Origin: Vicinamibacterales bacterium
Lineage (GTDB): Bacteria > Acidobacteriota > Vicinamibacteria > Vicinamibacterales > CAVVIG01
Direction of reading: 5' to 3'
Length of the DNA stretch: 48,644 bases
Assembly: GCA_036269295.1 (NCBI GenBank)
Contig: DATASG010000228.1
Span: 1-48,644, forward strand
The position numbers and the translations under genes are program-made. Of this stretch, positions 36,485 through 44,407 are shown in pieces. The notes under the pieces were generated by a model. It had not been told where the DNA came from. It saw nothing but the letters and a program-made list of their open reading frames with translations, and did not search any database. The first letter of the stretch is position 1; each line of letters starts with the position of its first letter.

Positions 36485-38488
36485 TTACTTCTTAATTCCA
36501 ACTGCCCACTCGTAGTGCTCGGCGGCGTGCTGCAGCAGGTCGGCGACGTCCTCTGAGAGCAGATAACCACGTTCGACGAGATCGAGCGCGGCGGCGGCGG
36601 CCTTGCCGACGTACTCGTCGCGATTGTGGTATCGCTCTTCAATCGAGAGCCGGGGGTCGCCGGTGCGATCGCGATCAGCCTTGGTGCGCGCGAACGGAAT
36701 GTAGGATCCGATCTCGCCCGCGAGCTGATCCGGCGCGCCGATCGAGGCGTCGCGGTAGTTCCAACCGGCGTGGGTCGCGAGCGGCACGGCGATGTCAGGC
36801 AGGCGGATGCCGGCGCGCACGTTGCCGTCGGCGTCGACCGCGGGCACGCGCACCACGAATGGTCTGCCGACTTCTGGCGGCTCGACGCTGACGATCCCCC
36901 TCGCCCAGTCGGCGCCGAAGTTCAGGTGGAACGCGCGCAGCGGCTGCGGCGGCAGCTGGTAGCCGGGCACGGCCGGCCAACCGGCCTTCGCCGGCGAGGT
37001 CAGCGAACCGTCCGCGATCCTCGGGATGGCGCTCGGCGGCGGCGCCACATCATCAACGATCCAGCGGTCGAGCGCGCGGAACAACGCCCGCACCGCCGGC
37101 GAGTAATTCAGCGGGTTGAGGAGCGCGCGGCCGGTCATGCCGCCGCCGACGTTGGACATCGGCGGGAACGGTCCTGGTCCGTGCGGCGCCGAGGCGATCA
37201 TGTAGATGCGGGTGGTCGCCGGCAGGTCGGCGTCCCTGCTGCCGGTCGGATCGGTGTGGACGAGCGAACCGGCGCGGTTGAAGTACTCGGAGTTGGTCAG
37301 CAGGTGGAAAACCTTCGGTGCGGTGCCCGTTCGCTCGGCACGCGCGAGCAGGCTGTCGATCGCGCCGCCTTCCGGGTCGGTCGAAGGTCCGTCCGTGAAC
37401 GGGAAGAGATCCACCGGAAACAGGATGTTGAAATACTGCAGCGCGTCGCGCGACGCCTGGCCGAAGCGGTGGTTGAACGAGCCCCGGCCAGCGCCGCCGA
37501 CCTGGTCGAACACGCCGTCGAAGACTTTCCGTCCCTGTTCGTCCTCGTTGAACCCCTGATACAGGAAGTGCCGCAGGTAGCGCCCGCTCTGCGACACCCC
37601 CCAGCCGATCGCGTAGTGAAGACCGGGCACCGGGTTGTCGGACGAGGTGTCGTATTTCAGGAAGCTGATCAGATCGCGCGCCCCTGAGAGGCCGAAGCCG
37701 AGGACGCGTGGATTGGAGGTGCGGTAGACGACGTCGTAGATGCGCCCGACTGCGAAGCCGCCGTCGAGCGCGACGGTACCGCCGTCGACGAAGTGCCAGC
37801 GCGATCGCGGGATCACCTGTCCTTTCCCGGTCGGGTCGTCGCGCACCGTCATGACGTCGTCGGCGCCGTTGAGGTCGAGTGGTTGATACGCCTTGTGGCC
37901 GCGGTCGGCGACCGGCGCGGTGTTGGCTCGCTCGTTGAGGATGAAGTTGCCGCGCACGATGCCGATGATCGGCTTGCCGTTCTCGGTGGCGATCGGCATC
38001 TCCATGCGCATCGTGCCCGGCCGTTCCGGCACGTCCCACTGCCATCCCATCCAGAGCAGGGCGAAACCCTGGCGCATCAGCGCGCCGTCGCCGAACTCGC
38101 TGTCCTTGGTGGGATCAAGTGAGCCCGTGGCCTTCTGGAACGTTTGCAACAGCGACTTTCCGCCGCGGTTGCCCACTTCGTAGAACAGCCGGCCGTTGCC
38201 GCGCCTGGGGTCGATCGGCTTCAGCAGGTAGAAGTCGGCGCTCGCTTCGACCTCGCCGTGCGCGTTGCGTGGCGCCAGCTTCAGGTCGACGATGTCGAGG
38301 TTGCGCGGCAGGGACGGGTCGAAGCCGAAGTCGACCTTGCCGACGAGCTTTTCGTATGGTCCGGCGGCCCCGAACGCTCGCCCGTCCAGGATGACTTCCC
38401 GCCGCTCGATGCGTAGTCGCACCACCCGCGCGTCGGCCGCAGACGAGGCGAGCCCGAGCATCATCGTCGCGAGAAGGACAGTGCGCAT
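36485..38488 (-). CDS. exported alpha/beta-hydrolase-like protein of unknown function
   Basis: 667-aa ORF with signal peptide MRTVLLATMMLGLASSAADA. GWGVSQSGRYL fits a GxSxG nucleophile elbow. No characterised family recognised. Confidence 0.6.
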   Translation of the reverse strand: MRTVLLATMMLGLASSAADARVVRLRIERREVILDGRAFGAAGPYEKLVGKVDFGFDPSLPRNLDIVDLKLAPRNAHGEVEASADFYLLKPIDPRRGNGRLFYEVGNRGGKSLLQTFQKATGSLDPTKDSEFGDGALMRQGFALLWMGWQWDVPERPGTMRMEMPIATENGKPIIGIVRGNFILNERANTAPVADRGHKAYQPLDLNGADDVMTVRDDPTGKGQVIPRSRWHFVDGGTVALDGGFAVGRIYDVVYRTSNPRVLGFGLSGARDLISFLKYDTSSDNPVPGLHYAIGWGVSQSGRYLRHFLYQGFNEDEQGRKVFDGVFDQVGGAGRGSFNHRFGQASRDALQYFNILFPVDLFPFTDGPSTDPEGGAIDSLLARAERTGTAPKVFHLLTNSEYFNRAGSLVHTDPTGSRDADLPATTRIYMIASAPHGPGPFPPMSNVGGGMTGRALLNPLNYSPAVRALFRALDRWIVDDVAPPPSAIPRIADGSLTSPAKAGWPAVPGYQLPPQPLRAFHLNFGADWARGIVSVEPPEVGRPFVVRVPAVDADGNVRAGIRLPDIAVPLATHAGWNYRDASIGAPDQLAGEIGSYIPFARTKADRDRTGDPRLSIEERYHNRDEYVGKAAAAALDLVERGYLLSEDVADLLQHAAEHYEWAVGIKK

Positions 38489-38504
38489 TCAACACCTCAT
38501 GCGG

Positions 38505-38535
38505 TCACGAACTCACGAAACTCACGAACTCCACG
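38505..38535. repeat. tandem 8-9-mer array TCACGAAC TCACGAAAC TCACGAAC TCCACG
   Basis: Lies in the spacer downstream of the M28 gene 38630..40285. Coordinates were counted from the track anchors 38488 and 38630. Confidence 0.9.
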
Positions 38536-38590
38536 TGCTCAGCGGCCTCCGCGGCCAAACCTCGTCGCCGTCGTGGGTAGCCGAATTGTT

Positions 38591-38619
38591 CTGCCCGTCC
38601 TGCCCGTCCCGCCCTCGTC
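38591..38619. repeat. tandem 9-mer CTGCCCGTC x2 plus a degenerate third unit
   Basis: Read directly from the same spacer as 38505..38535. Confidence 0.85.
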
Positions 38620-38629
38620 CCTTCGTGAT

Positions 38630-40285
38630 CTACTGCGTGATCGATCGGCTCGCGGGCGCCTTCGGGCGCCCGTCCGCGTTGGCGATGTCCCAACTCACTT
38701 GATCGATCAGCCGTGTGATCTTTTCCATCTTCGCGTAGTTGATCTTCTCCGGCCGGTCGTACTGGGTGTGGTAATCGGGGTGCAGGCCGGTGATGAAGCC
38801 CATCGCCGGGACGCCGCGCTGCAGAAACGGCCATTGATCGCTGCGCCGCAGCAGGTTCGAGCTGTTGTTGTCGTAGCGTTTCTTGAGCTCGAGCCCGATC
38901 GCGCCGTTTGCCTTTTCCACCACCGCGGTGATGTCCGGCACCTTCGAGAACGCCATCAGGTTCAGCGCGTTGCTGTTCGACTCGGCGGTCTGCGGCTCGA
39001 GACCGGCGAACCGCGCACCGCCGCCGATCGGGATCTCCTCGTTACGGCCGATCATATCCATGTTCAGGACGGCCGCGATCGTGTTCAGCGGCGCCAGCGG
39101 CTGCTCGGTGTACGCCCAGGCGCCGAGCAGGCCGCGCTCCTCGGAGTTCCACGACGCGAACAGGATGCTGCGCTTCGGCCGGTGCCCTTCCTTCGCCGCG
39201 AGCGCGTAGGCCTCGGCGATTTCGATCAGCGCCACCACGCCCGAGCCGTTGTCGTCGGCGCCGTTGAAGATCTGCGTCGCGTCGGCGCCGTTGTGGTCGT
39301 AGTGCGCGGAGACGATGACCCATTCGTCCTTCAGACGCGGATCGCTGCCCTCGAGCAGCGCGACCACGTTGCGATCGGGGACGATGTGCCGGTCGACCGC
39401 GGTCGTGACCGTGACCCGGGTTCCCGGCAGCGGCAGTGGCGTCGATCCGTGCACGGTCTCTGACGCCCGCCCCAGCTCCTCGAGCGTTCTGCCGCTCCCG
39501 GCGATCAGCGATTCGGCGACCGCCGGAGAGATCTGCGCCACCGGGATGCGGATGCGGTCCGCCCAGGTAGCGAGGGTGTAGCTCAGAAGATGTGGCGGCT
39601 TTTCCGGCCAGTAGTTGCGCGCCTGCGCCTCGAAGTTGGCCGATTCCTGGTGATTGTGCACGTCGCTGACCAATAGCATCGCGACCGCGCCCTTCTCCTG
39701 CGCCGCGAGCGCCTTGCGCCAGACGGTCGAAGGCTCCGAGGTGACAACGCCGTCGAACGGGCTGTTCGGATCCCGTTCGCCCGGTTCGTGATCGAGGGCC
39801 AGCACCACCTTGCCCTTCACGTCGCTTCTGTAGTCGTCGTAGCCGAGATGCGGCGCGCTGATGCCGAAGCCGGCGAACACCGCCTCGCCGCCGGCCGTAC
39901 CCGTCGCACTGAATCGGTGCGGGTAGAATCCCTGTCCGACGGTCAGCACCTGCGATGCCCCGTCCCCCTTCGACAGCTGCATCGTGTTCGACGTTGGTGA
40001 GTGCGTCGCCAGCGTCGCCGTCATCAGGTTGAACGCCTGGAAGAAGGAACCGCCTGGCCCGGCGCCCTTCAATCCCATACGCTCGAATCGCGATCGGATG
40101 AAATCGGCGGCGGCGCGGTTCTCGACCGTGTCCGTCAGCCGTCCGCGTAACGAGTCTCCCGCGAGGAAGAACAGATCGGCGCGCAGGTCCTCCTGGCGGA
40201 TTGACTCGATCTGCGGCGCACGCTGCTGCGCCGATACCTGGACTGCGGCGGCAAGGCAGACCGCGGCGAGGAGATGTCTCTTCAT
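38630..40285 (-). CDS. M28 family PA-domain aminopeptidase, exported
   Basis: Start at MKRHLLAAVCLAAAVQVSAQ (40285). Motifs AHYDH, GADDNGSG, NSEERGLLG, NMDMIG and YHTQYD. Confidence 0.85.
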   Translation of the reverse strand: MKRHLLAAVCLAAAVQVSAQQRAPQIESIRQEDLRADLFFLAGDSLRGRLTDTVENRAAADFIRSRFERMGLKGAGPGGSFFQAFNLMTATLATHSPTSNTMQLSKGDGASQVLTVGQGFYPHRFSATGTAGGEAVFAGFGISAPHLGYDDYRSDVKGKVVLALDHEPGERDPNSPFDGVVTSEPSTVWRKALAAQEKGAVAMLLVSDVHNHQESANFEAQARNYWPEKPPHLLSYTLATWADRIRIPVAQISPAVAESLIAGSGRTLEELGRASETVHGSTPLPLPGTRVTVTTAVDRHIVPDRNVVALLEGSDPRLKDEWVIVSAHYDHNGADATQIFNGADDNGSGVVALIEIAEAYALAAKEGHRPKRSILFASWNSEERGLLGAWAYTEQPLAPLNTIAAVLNMDMIGRNEEIPIGGGARFAGLEPQTAESNSNALNLMAFSKVPDITAVVEKANGAIGLELKKRYDNNSSNLLRRSDQWPFLQRGVPAMGFITGLHPDYHTQYDRPEKINYAKMEKITRLIDQVSWDIANADGRPKAPASRSITQ

Positions 40286-40313
40286 GCGGCTGATTATGCC
40301 TCCACCGTGCCGA

Positions 40314-40331
40314 GTCAGTTTCGTCAGTTTC
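40314..40331. repeat. tandem 9-mer GTCAGTTTC x2 (reverse complement GAAACTGAC), followed by GTGG
   Basis: Lies in the spacer upstream of the M28 gene. Its reverse complement, CCACGAAACTGACGAAACTGAC, resembles the array at 38505. Confidence 0.9.
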
Positions 40332-40335
40332 GTGG

Positions 40336-40740
40336 TCATGCTTCCGCGTACGTCGCTCGAACCTTTTTCGAGCGCGCCAGGTAGAGCAGCCACGCGCCGT
40401 GATAGGCGAGCGTCGCGGCGACGTAGAGCGGGGTGTCGCCCGGCGGGCGGTTGTTCGGAAAATACGGCGTCGTGTAGACGAACAGGTCAGTCGCCGCCGA
40501 CGCCAGGAGCGCCGCTTTGGCCAGCGTCACCGCTCCAGGCTGCACCTGTTGCAGCGCCCGCCCGGCCGCCATGCCGAAGCCGACCACGATCAGGCGAAGG
40601 GCCAGAATCAGCGCCACCGCGCTGCCGCGAGCCGACAGCGCGCTGAGCGCGCCGGAGGCCGTCACAGCCAGCGCCAGGGGGTGGAACACAACCAGCAGCC
40701 GGCACAACAGCAGCAGCCACCCGCCGACGCCCTCAGTCAT
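40336..40740 (-). CDS. small integral membrane protein (about 4 TM), unknown function
   Basis: Internal ATG at 40740 (MTEGVGGWLLLLCRLLVVF). Hydrophobic throughout; the upstream Arg-rich extension of the track ORF was rejected. Confidence 0.55.
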   Translation of the reverse strand: MTEGVGGWLLLLCRLLVVFHPLALAVTASGALSALSARGSAVALILALRLIVVGFGMAAGRALQQVQPGAVTLAKAALLASAATDLFVYTTPYFPNNRPPGDTPLYVAATLAYHGAWLLYLARSKKVRATYAEA

Positions 40741-40745
40741 GGGTA

Positions 40746-40753
40746 ATACTAGC
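40746..40753 (-). promoter_or_regulatory. -10-like box GCTAGTAT, 5 nt upstream of ATG 40740
   Basis: Reverse complement of atactagc, in a 35-bp divergent spacer. Confidence 0.3.
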
Positions 40754-40775
40754 GACAGGCCACTGGGCCTGCCCG

Positions 40776-41225
40776 ATGCGTTTGTACTTAGTACATCACG
40801 GTGTCGCCGTCGGGCCGGAAGAAGATCCGCGCCGCCCGCTCTCAGCGGTGGGCCTCGCCGGCGCGGCACGCGTCGCCGCGAAGGCCGCGGCTCGCGGCGC
40901 CAAGCCCGACGTCGTCTGGCACAGCGGCAAGCTGCGCGCGAAGCAGACGGGTCAGGAGTTCTGGCGCGCCTGCAACGCGCTCGCGGAGTTCTCGGTGAGC
41001 CGCGATCTTCAGCCCGACGATCCGCCGCAGTGGATCCGCGATCGCCTGCGAGCGGAAACGCGCGACATCGCTATCGCCGGCCACTTTCCGTTTCTGCCGC
41101 GACTCTTGGCGCTGCTGACCACCGGTGGCGAGGCGGGCGTCGACTTTCCCATCAACGGCGTCGTCGCCCTCGTCAGCAATGACGAGGGCGAGACATTTCG
41201 CGAGCTCTGGCGAATCGAGAATTAA
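40776..41225 (+). CDS. SixA-like histidine-phosphatase-superfamily protein (RHG motif reads HHG)
   Basis: MRLYLVHHGVA, RPLS..G, LRAKQT and IAGHFPFL are colinear with E. coli SixA as I recall it. Confidence 0.6.
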   Translation: MRLYLVHHGVAVGPEEDPRRPLSAVGLAGAARVAAKAAARGAKPDVVWHSGKLRAKQTGQEFWRACNALAEFSVSRDLQPDDPPQWIRDRLRAETRDIAIAGHFPFLPRLLALLTTGGEAGVDFPINGVVALVSNDEGETFRELWRIEN

Positions 41226-41800
41226 CGGAAGACGACGCCAACCGTGGCGCGCCAGAAGTGCAGCTGGTTGCCGCTCAGGTCGAGGCTGCTGACGCCAGAC
41301 TTGAGGTCGCTTGTCGCGCGGAGGTAGCGCACGTCCCCTCGAAGGCCAACGTGTTCGTTGAAGTAGCCCATCACGCCGCCGCCCGCGTCCCAGCCGAACA
41401 TGTTGTTGGAGGATGAGACCGTCGCCACCGTCCCGCCGTCAATCTGCGAACGGATGAGACCGACACCGCCGACGACGTAAGGTCGCACGCCGGCGCCATG
41501 CGTGCCGCCGACCGGGACTCCGACGATCAGGTTGCCCATCAGGTTCATCACCGTGTTGTTGCCGAAGTCACTCTTGGTGCCGAAAAAGCTCGGGCTCCAG
41601 CCGAAGTCCGCTTCGCCGCCGATGATGCCCGCGCCAATCCCACCGGCGCTGACGCCGATCGTCGCCTGTCCGTTCTGGATGCTGCTGCCGAAGGCTGAAC
41701 CGACCCACGGCGTGACGAACCCGTCCGCGCGCGCTGGCGTGGGCGAGAGCACGAGAGCGGCCGCTCCCGAAAGGATGAGGGTCTTGATGACGTGTTTCAT
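41222..41800 (-). CDS. small outer-membrane beta-barrel protein
   Basis: Signal peptide MKHVIKTLILSGAAALVLSPTPARA. Gly-rich alternating beta-strand pattern with an aromatic near the C-terminus. SD AAGGAG upstream. Confidence 0.65.
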   Translation of the reverse strand: MKHVIKTLILSGAAALVLSPTPARADGFVTPWVGSAFGSSIQNGQATIGVSAGGIGAGIIGGEADFGWSPSFFGTKSDFGNNTVMNLMGNLIVGVPVGGTHGAGVRPYVVGGVGLIRSQIDGGTVATVSSSNNMFGWDAGGGVMGYFNEHVGLRGDVRYLRATSDLKSGVSSLDLSGNQLHFWRATVGVVFR

Positions 41801-41903
41801 GTTGTGCTTGCTCCTTGGTCGGAGCAACTGCAAGCGGCGTACCCCTACTGCTCCCGCTGAGGTAGGGCAGAAAGGTCAGCGCGACGATCCGCTCGAGCTT
41901 GCT

Positions 41904-42440
41904 TCAGCGCTTGTGGTTCTGCGCGTAGTCGATCGCGAACTGCTTGAGCGCGGGGCTGGTCAGCCCGAGCGCGGTCGCCTCCGTGAACGCCTTATCGGTG
42001 TCCCAGTGATCGACGACGAGCCGCTTGATCATCCACATCGCGCCGGCGCGGTTGCCGGCGGCGCAGTGAATGTAGGCGGGCTCGTTGTTCTTCGCGGTGA
42101 CCGTGTCGAGGAACTGATCGGCAACTTTTGGATCCGGCGACTGGCCGCTGAACGGGATGTTGTAGAAGTTGATGCCGGCGGCTTTCGCGGCCGCCGCTTC
42201 GCCCTCGACGTTGGCCCCCGCTTCAGACGGCAGCCGCAGGTTGATGATCGAGGCGAAGCCCATCTTCTTCAACTCGGGCACGGCTTCCGGCGTCGTTGCG
42301 CCGCCGCAGGCGACCGTGGTCTCGAGCTTGGCGAAGTTCTGGACCCCGGGCACCGCCTGCTTGGTAACCTGCTGCGCGGACGCGGGACGCGAACCGAACG
42401 TGGCCGCGACGACGAGCAGGAGAGCGAATCTGATCAGCAT
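41904..42440 (-). CDS. exported CX5R phosphatase-fold protein (DUF442/TIGR01244-like)
   Basis: Signal peptide, an IHCAAGNRAG (HCx5R) motif and SD GAAGGAG upstream. Confidence 0.65.
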   Translation of the reverse strand: MLIRFALLLVVAATFGSRPASAQQVTKQAVPGVQNFAKLETTVACGGATTPEAVPELKKMGFASIINLRLPSEAGANVEGEAAAAKAAGINFYNIPFSGQSPDPKVADQFLDTVTAKNNEPAYIHCAAGNRAGAMWMIKRLVVDHWDTDKAFTEATALGLTSPALKQFAIDYAQNHKR

Positions 42441-42477
42441 GTGTCGTGCTCCTTCAAATGCAGGGACTCATCATAGT

Positions 42478-42930
42478 TCAGGCCGGTGCCGTTTTCGCCA
42501 TGCGGCCAGGTAGTGGCAATGGAATGATCCAATACCCGCCATGAACCGTGGCGCCGGGCGGCAGCGGAAACTGGGCGCCCAGCGTCCAGTGGCCGCCGTT
42601 TGGCCCAATCAGCCCCACGTTGTTGGGGAAGATCGGCTTGATCGCGGCGATCGCGAGGAACGCGATCCCCCCGGCGTAGGCGGAAAAGAGACCGGTAGCG
42701 ATCGCCGAGCCGACGAACGTGCGCAGCGCCAGCGTCCAGACGGCCCGCAACATCGGCACCACATGGCCGGTGGCAACCGCCTCGTCGACGGTGCGCTCAG
42801 CGGCGTAGGCCTGAGCCACGCGGAGCGGAGGCCCGAGCTCGGCCAGGATCCTTTCCAGCGCGTCGCGCTCATTCGGCGCGCCGCCGGCTGTGATCACGCG
42901 CTCGCGGACGTGCGACTCGATTTCCCGCAC
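42478..42930 (-). CDS. membrane protein, DUF1700/HAAS-like N-terminal helix plus TM segments
   Basis: GTG start at 42930. Coding-looking sequence continues upstream without a canonical start codon (see findings). Confidence 0.5.
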   Translation of the reverse strand: MREIESHVRERVITAGGAPNERDALERILAELGPPLRVAQAYAAERTVDEAVATGHVVPMLRAVWTLALRTFVGSAIATGLFSAYAGGIAFLAIAAIKPIFPNNVGLIGPNGGHWTLGAQFPLPPGATVHGGYWIIPLPLPGRMAKTAPA

Positions 42931-42991
42931 CGCGTCGCGGACGACGTCGGGCGGCAGAAAGCTCCGCAGCGATCGGTTGATGCTTCTTCTA

Positions 42992-43155
42992 GGTTCTCGG
43001 GGTCCTCAGGCTACGGAAGGTGCTCAGGGTACGGAAGAGTGCGCAAGGTTCGGAACGCGTTCCCGGGTTCGGAAGGTGCTAGGGTGTTGAGGGCGGGAGA
43101 CCCCAAAACTCCGGGCACCTCGAGCACCCCGAGCACCTTGAGAACCTCGAGAACC
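42992..43155. repeat. composite 9-nt periodic array: about 11 units GGTNCNNRR, an 18-nt spacer, then 5 inverted units (YYGAGNACC)
   Basis: The units were written out and counted from the anchors 42930 and 43156. The second block, 43111..43155, is in perfect 9-nt phase. Confidence 0.85.
43052..43063. promoter_or_regulatory. perfect 12-bp palindrome GGAACGCGTTCC (candidate operator)
   Basis: Read directly from the sequence. It is embedded between two GGTTCGGAA units of the array. Confidence 0.4.
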
Positions 43156-44169
43156 CTACTCTCGTTCGCTCGTGACCGTGATCGGCTGGAGAATCCGCAC
43201 GGTCATCGACGTCCCCGCGGCCAGAGTCGCGGCGTTGCGGTCCCCCGCGGCGACGGCGGCGCTGCCAGCTCCGGCCCCGGCGGCCGCGCCGATCGCCATA
43301 CCTTTGCCGCCGCCGAGGATCGCACCGAGGATCGCGCCGCCGACGGCGGCGCCGCCGACTTTCTGCGAAGTGCTGTTGCCGGGGCCCTCACCCTCGCGAT
43401 AGATGGTTTCCGTCGAGATTGGAATCCGCGTGCCGTCGGCCAGGACCAACGTGTGGAAGCGGATGCCGAGCCGTGCCTTCTCCTTGAACTTACCGCCGCG
43501 CTCGACCAGCATCACCGATCCGATTGCCCGCGCGCCCGCAGGAATCGCCACGTGGTCGCCGACCCTGACGTCGCGCGTGACGCGCGCTTCGACGCGATCT
43601 TCCACACGCGCGGTTTCACTCGACACGCGAGTTTCGGTCTGCAGACCGATCACGGAGTCGGCTGACACGACGTACTCCGCGAACGTACGGGCCGGCGGCT
43701 CGGCCGGACGAACCGGGTCTTGCGCGGTGTGCTCGTCGGGCCGTGGAGATGGCGGCGCGCTCTCGACCGCGACCGGCGCGGGAGGTGCGGGAGGCTGCGA
43801 GGCGGCGCTGCCGCCCGGAATTGCGGGCAGCTGTTCGTTGCGCGCCACGGTCGCGGTTGCCGCGCGGTTGGACGATGGGCCGTTGACGCGCGCTGGCGAA
43901 GCCGCCGGCTTCGCGGCGCTCGCCTTTGGAGCCGGTGCTGCCGGCATCGGCATCGGCGCCTCGGTGACGACGGCTTCTGTTTCCTGGACCGGTTTCGCGG
44001 CTGCGGCCCGAGCAGCCGGCGCAGCCGCGGTGGCGACCGGCGGCGCCGGCGTCGATGCGGCCATCGGAGCGGGCACGGTGTTCTGCCGCGTCGCGAGGTA
44101 GCCGCCACCGGCAGCCGCGGCGATGCAGGCGACGGCGAGCGCCATGAATGCGAGTCGATTCGAAAGCAT
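43156..44169 (-). CDS. membrane-anchored Pro/Ala-rich protein with beta-rich domain and C-terminal glycine-zipper
   Basis: ATG at 44169, 8 nt after AAGGAG. One TM, then a long PA-rich linker, then an IPAGARAIGSV...RFHTLVLADGTRIPI block and a GGAAVGGAILGAILGGGKGMAIGAAAGAGAG zipper. Confidence 0.6.
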   Translation of the reverse strand: MLSNRLAFMALAVACIAAAAGGGYLATRQNTVPAPMAASTPAPPVATAAAPAARAAAAKPVQETEAVVTEAPMPMPAAPAPKASAAKPAASPARVNGPSSNRAATATVARNEQLPAIPGGSAASQPPAPPAPVAVESAPPSPRPDEHTAQDPVRPAEPPARTFAEYVVSADSVIGLQTETRVSSETARVEDRVEARVTRDVRVGDHVAIPAGARAIGSVMLVERGGKFKEKARLGIRFHTLVLADGTRIPISTETIYREGEGPGNSTSQKVGGAAVGGAILGAILGGGKGMAIGAAAGAGAGSAAVAAGDRNAATLAAGTSMTVRILQPITVTSERE

Positions 44170-44407
44170 TTCCAGAACTCCTTGGACCATAGTATCGGGA
44201 GGCAAGCGGTGTACCCAGCACCGCTGGCGGGCGCATCCCGTAAGTCCGTGGGAAAAGGAAGATTACCAGATCGGCGACCCGAGGAAGACTGTCCCTTCCG
44301 CATGAAAGGTGTCCTGGTCAGAGTCCACTGTCCTGATCGCGTAACCCTCGGATCCCTCAGGATTTCGAGCTGTACGGCCTGGCCGGTTCGTTGCAAAAAG
44401 GCGTAGC

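Noticed and set aside
43111-43155. A collagen-like (Gly-X-Y)5 reading, GSRGSQGARGARGAR, in frame immediately after the TAG of the glycine-zipper gene.
   Set aside because: It lies beyond a stop codon and is followed by two more in-frame TGA codons. The pattern is a by-product of the GGTNNNNNN 9-nt DNA repeat rather than evidence of coding.
42992-43155. A CRISPR array, considered as an explanation for the periodic repeats here and in other spacers.
   Set aside because: The units are 7-9 nt and directly adjacent with no spacers, far shorter than CRISPR repeats. No cas genes are present in the window.
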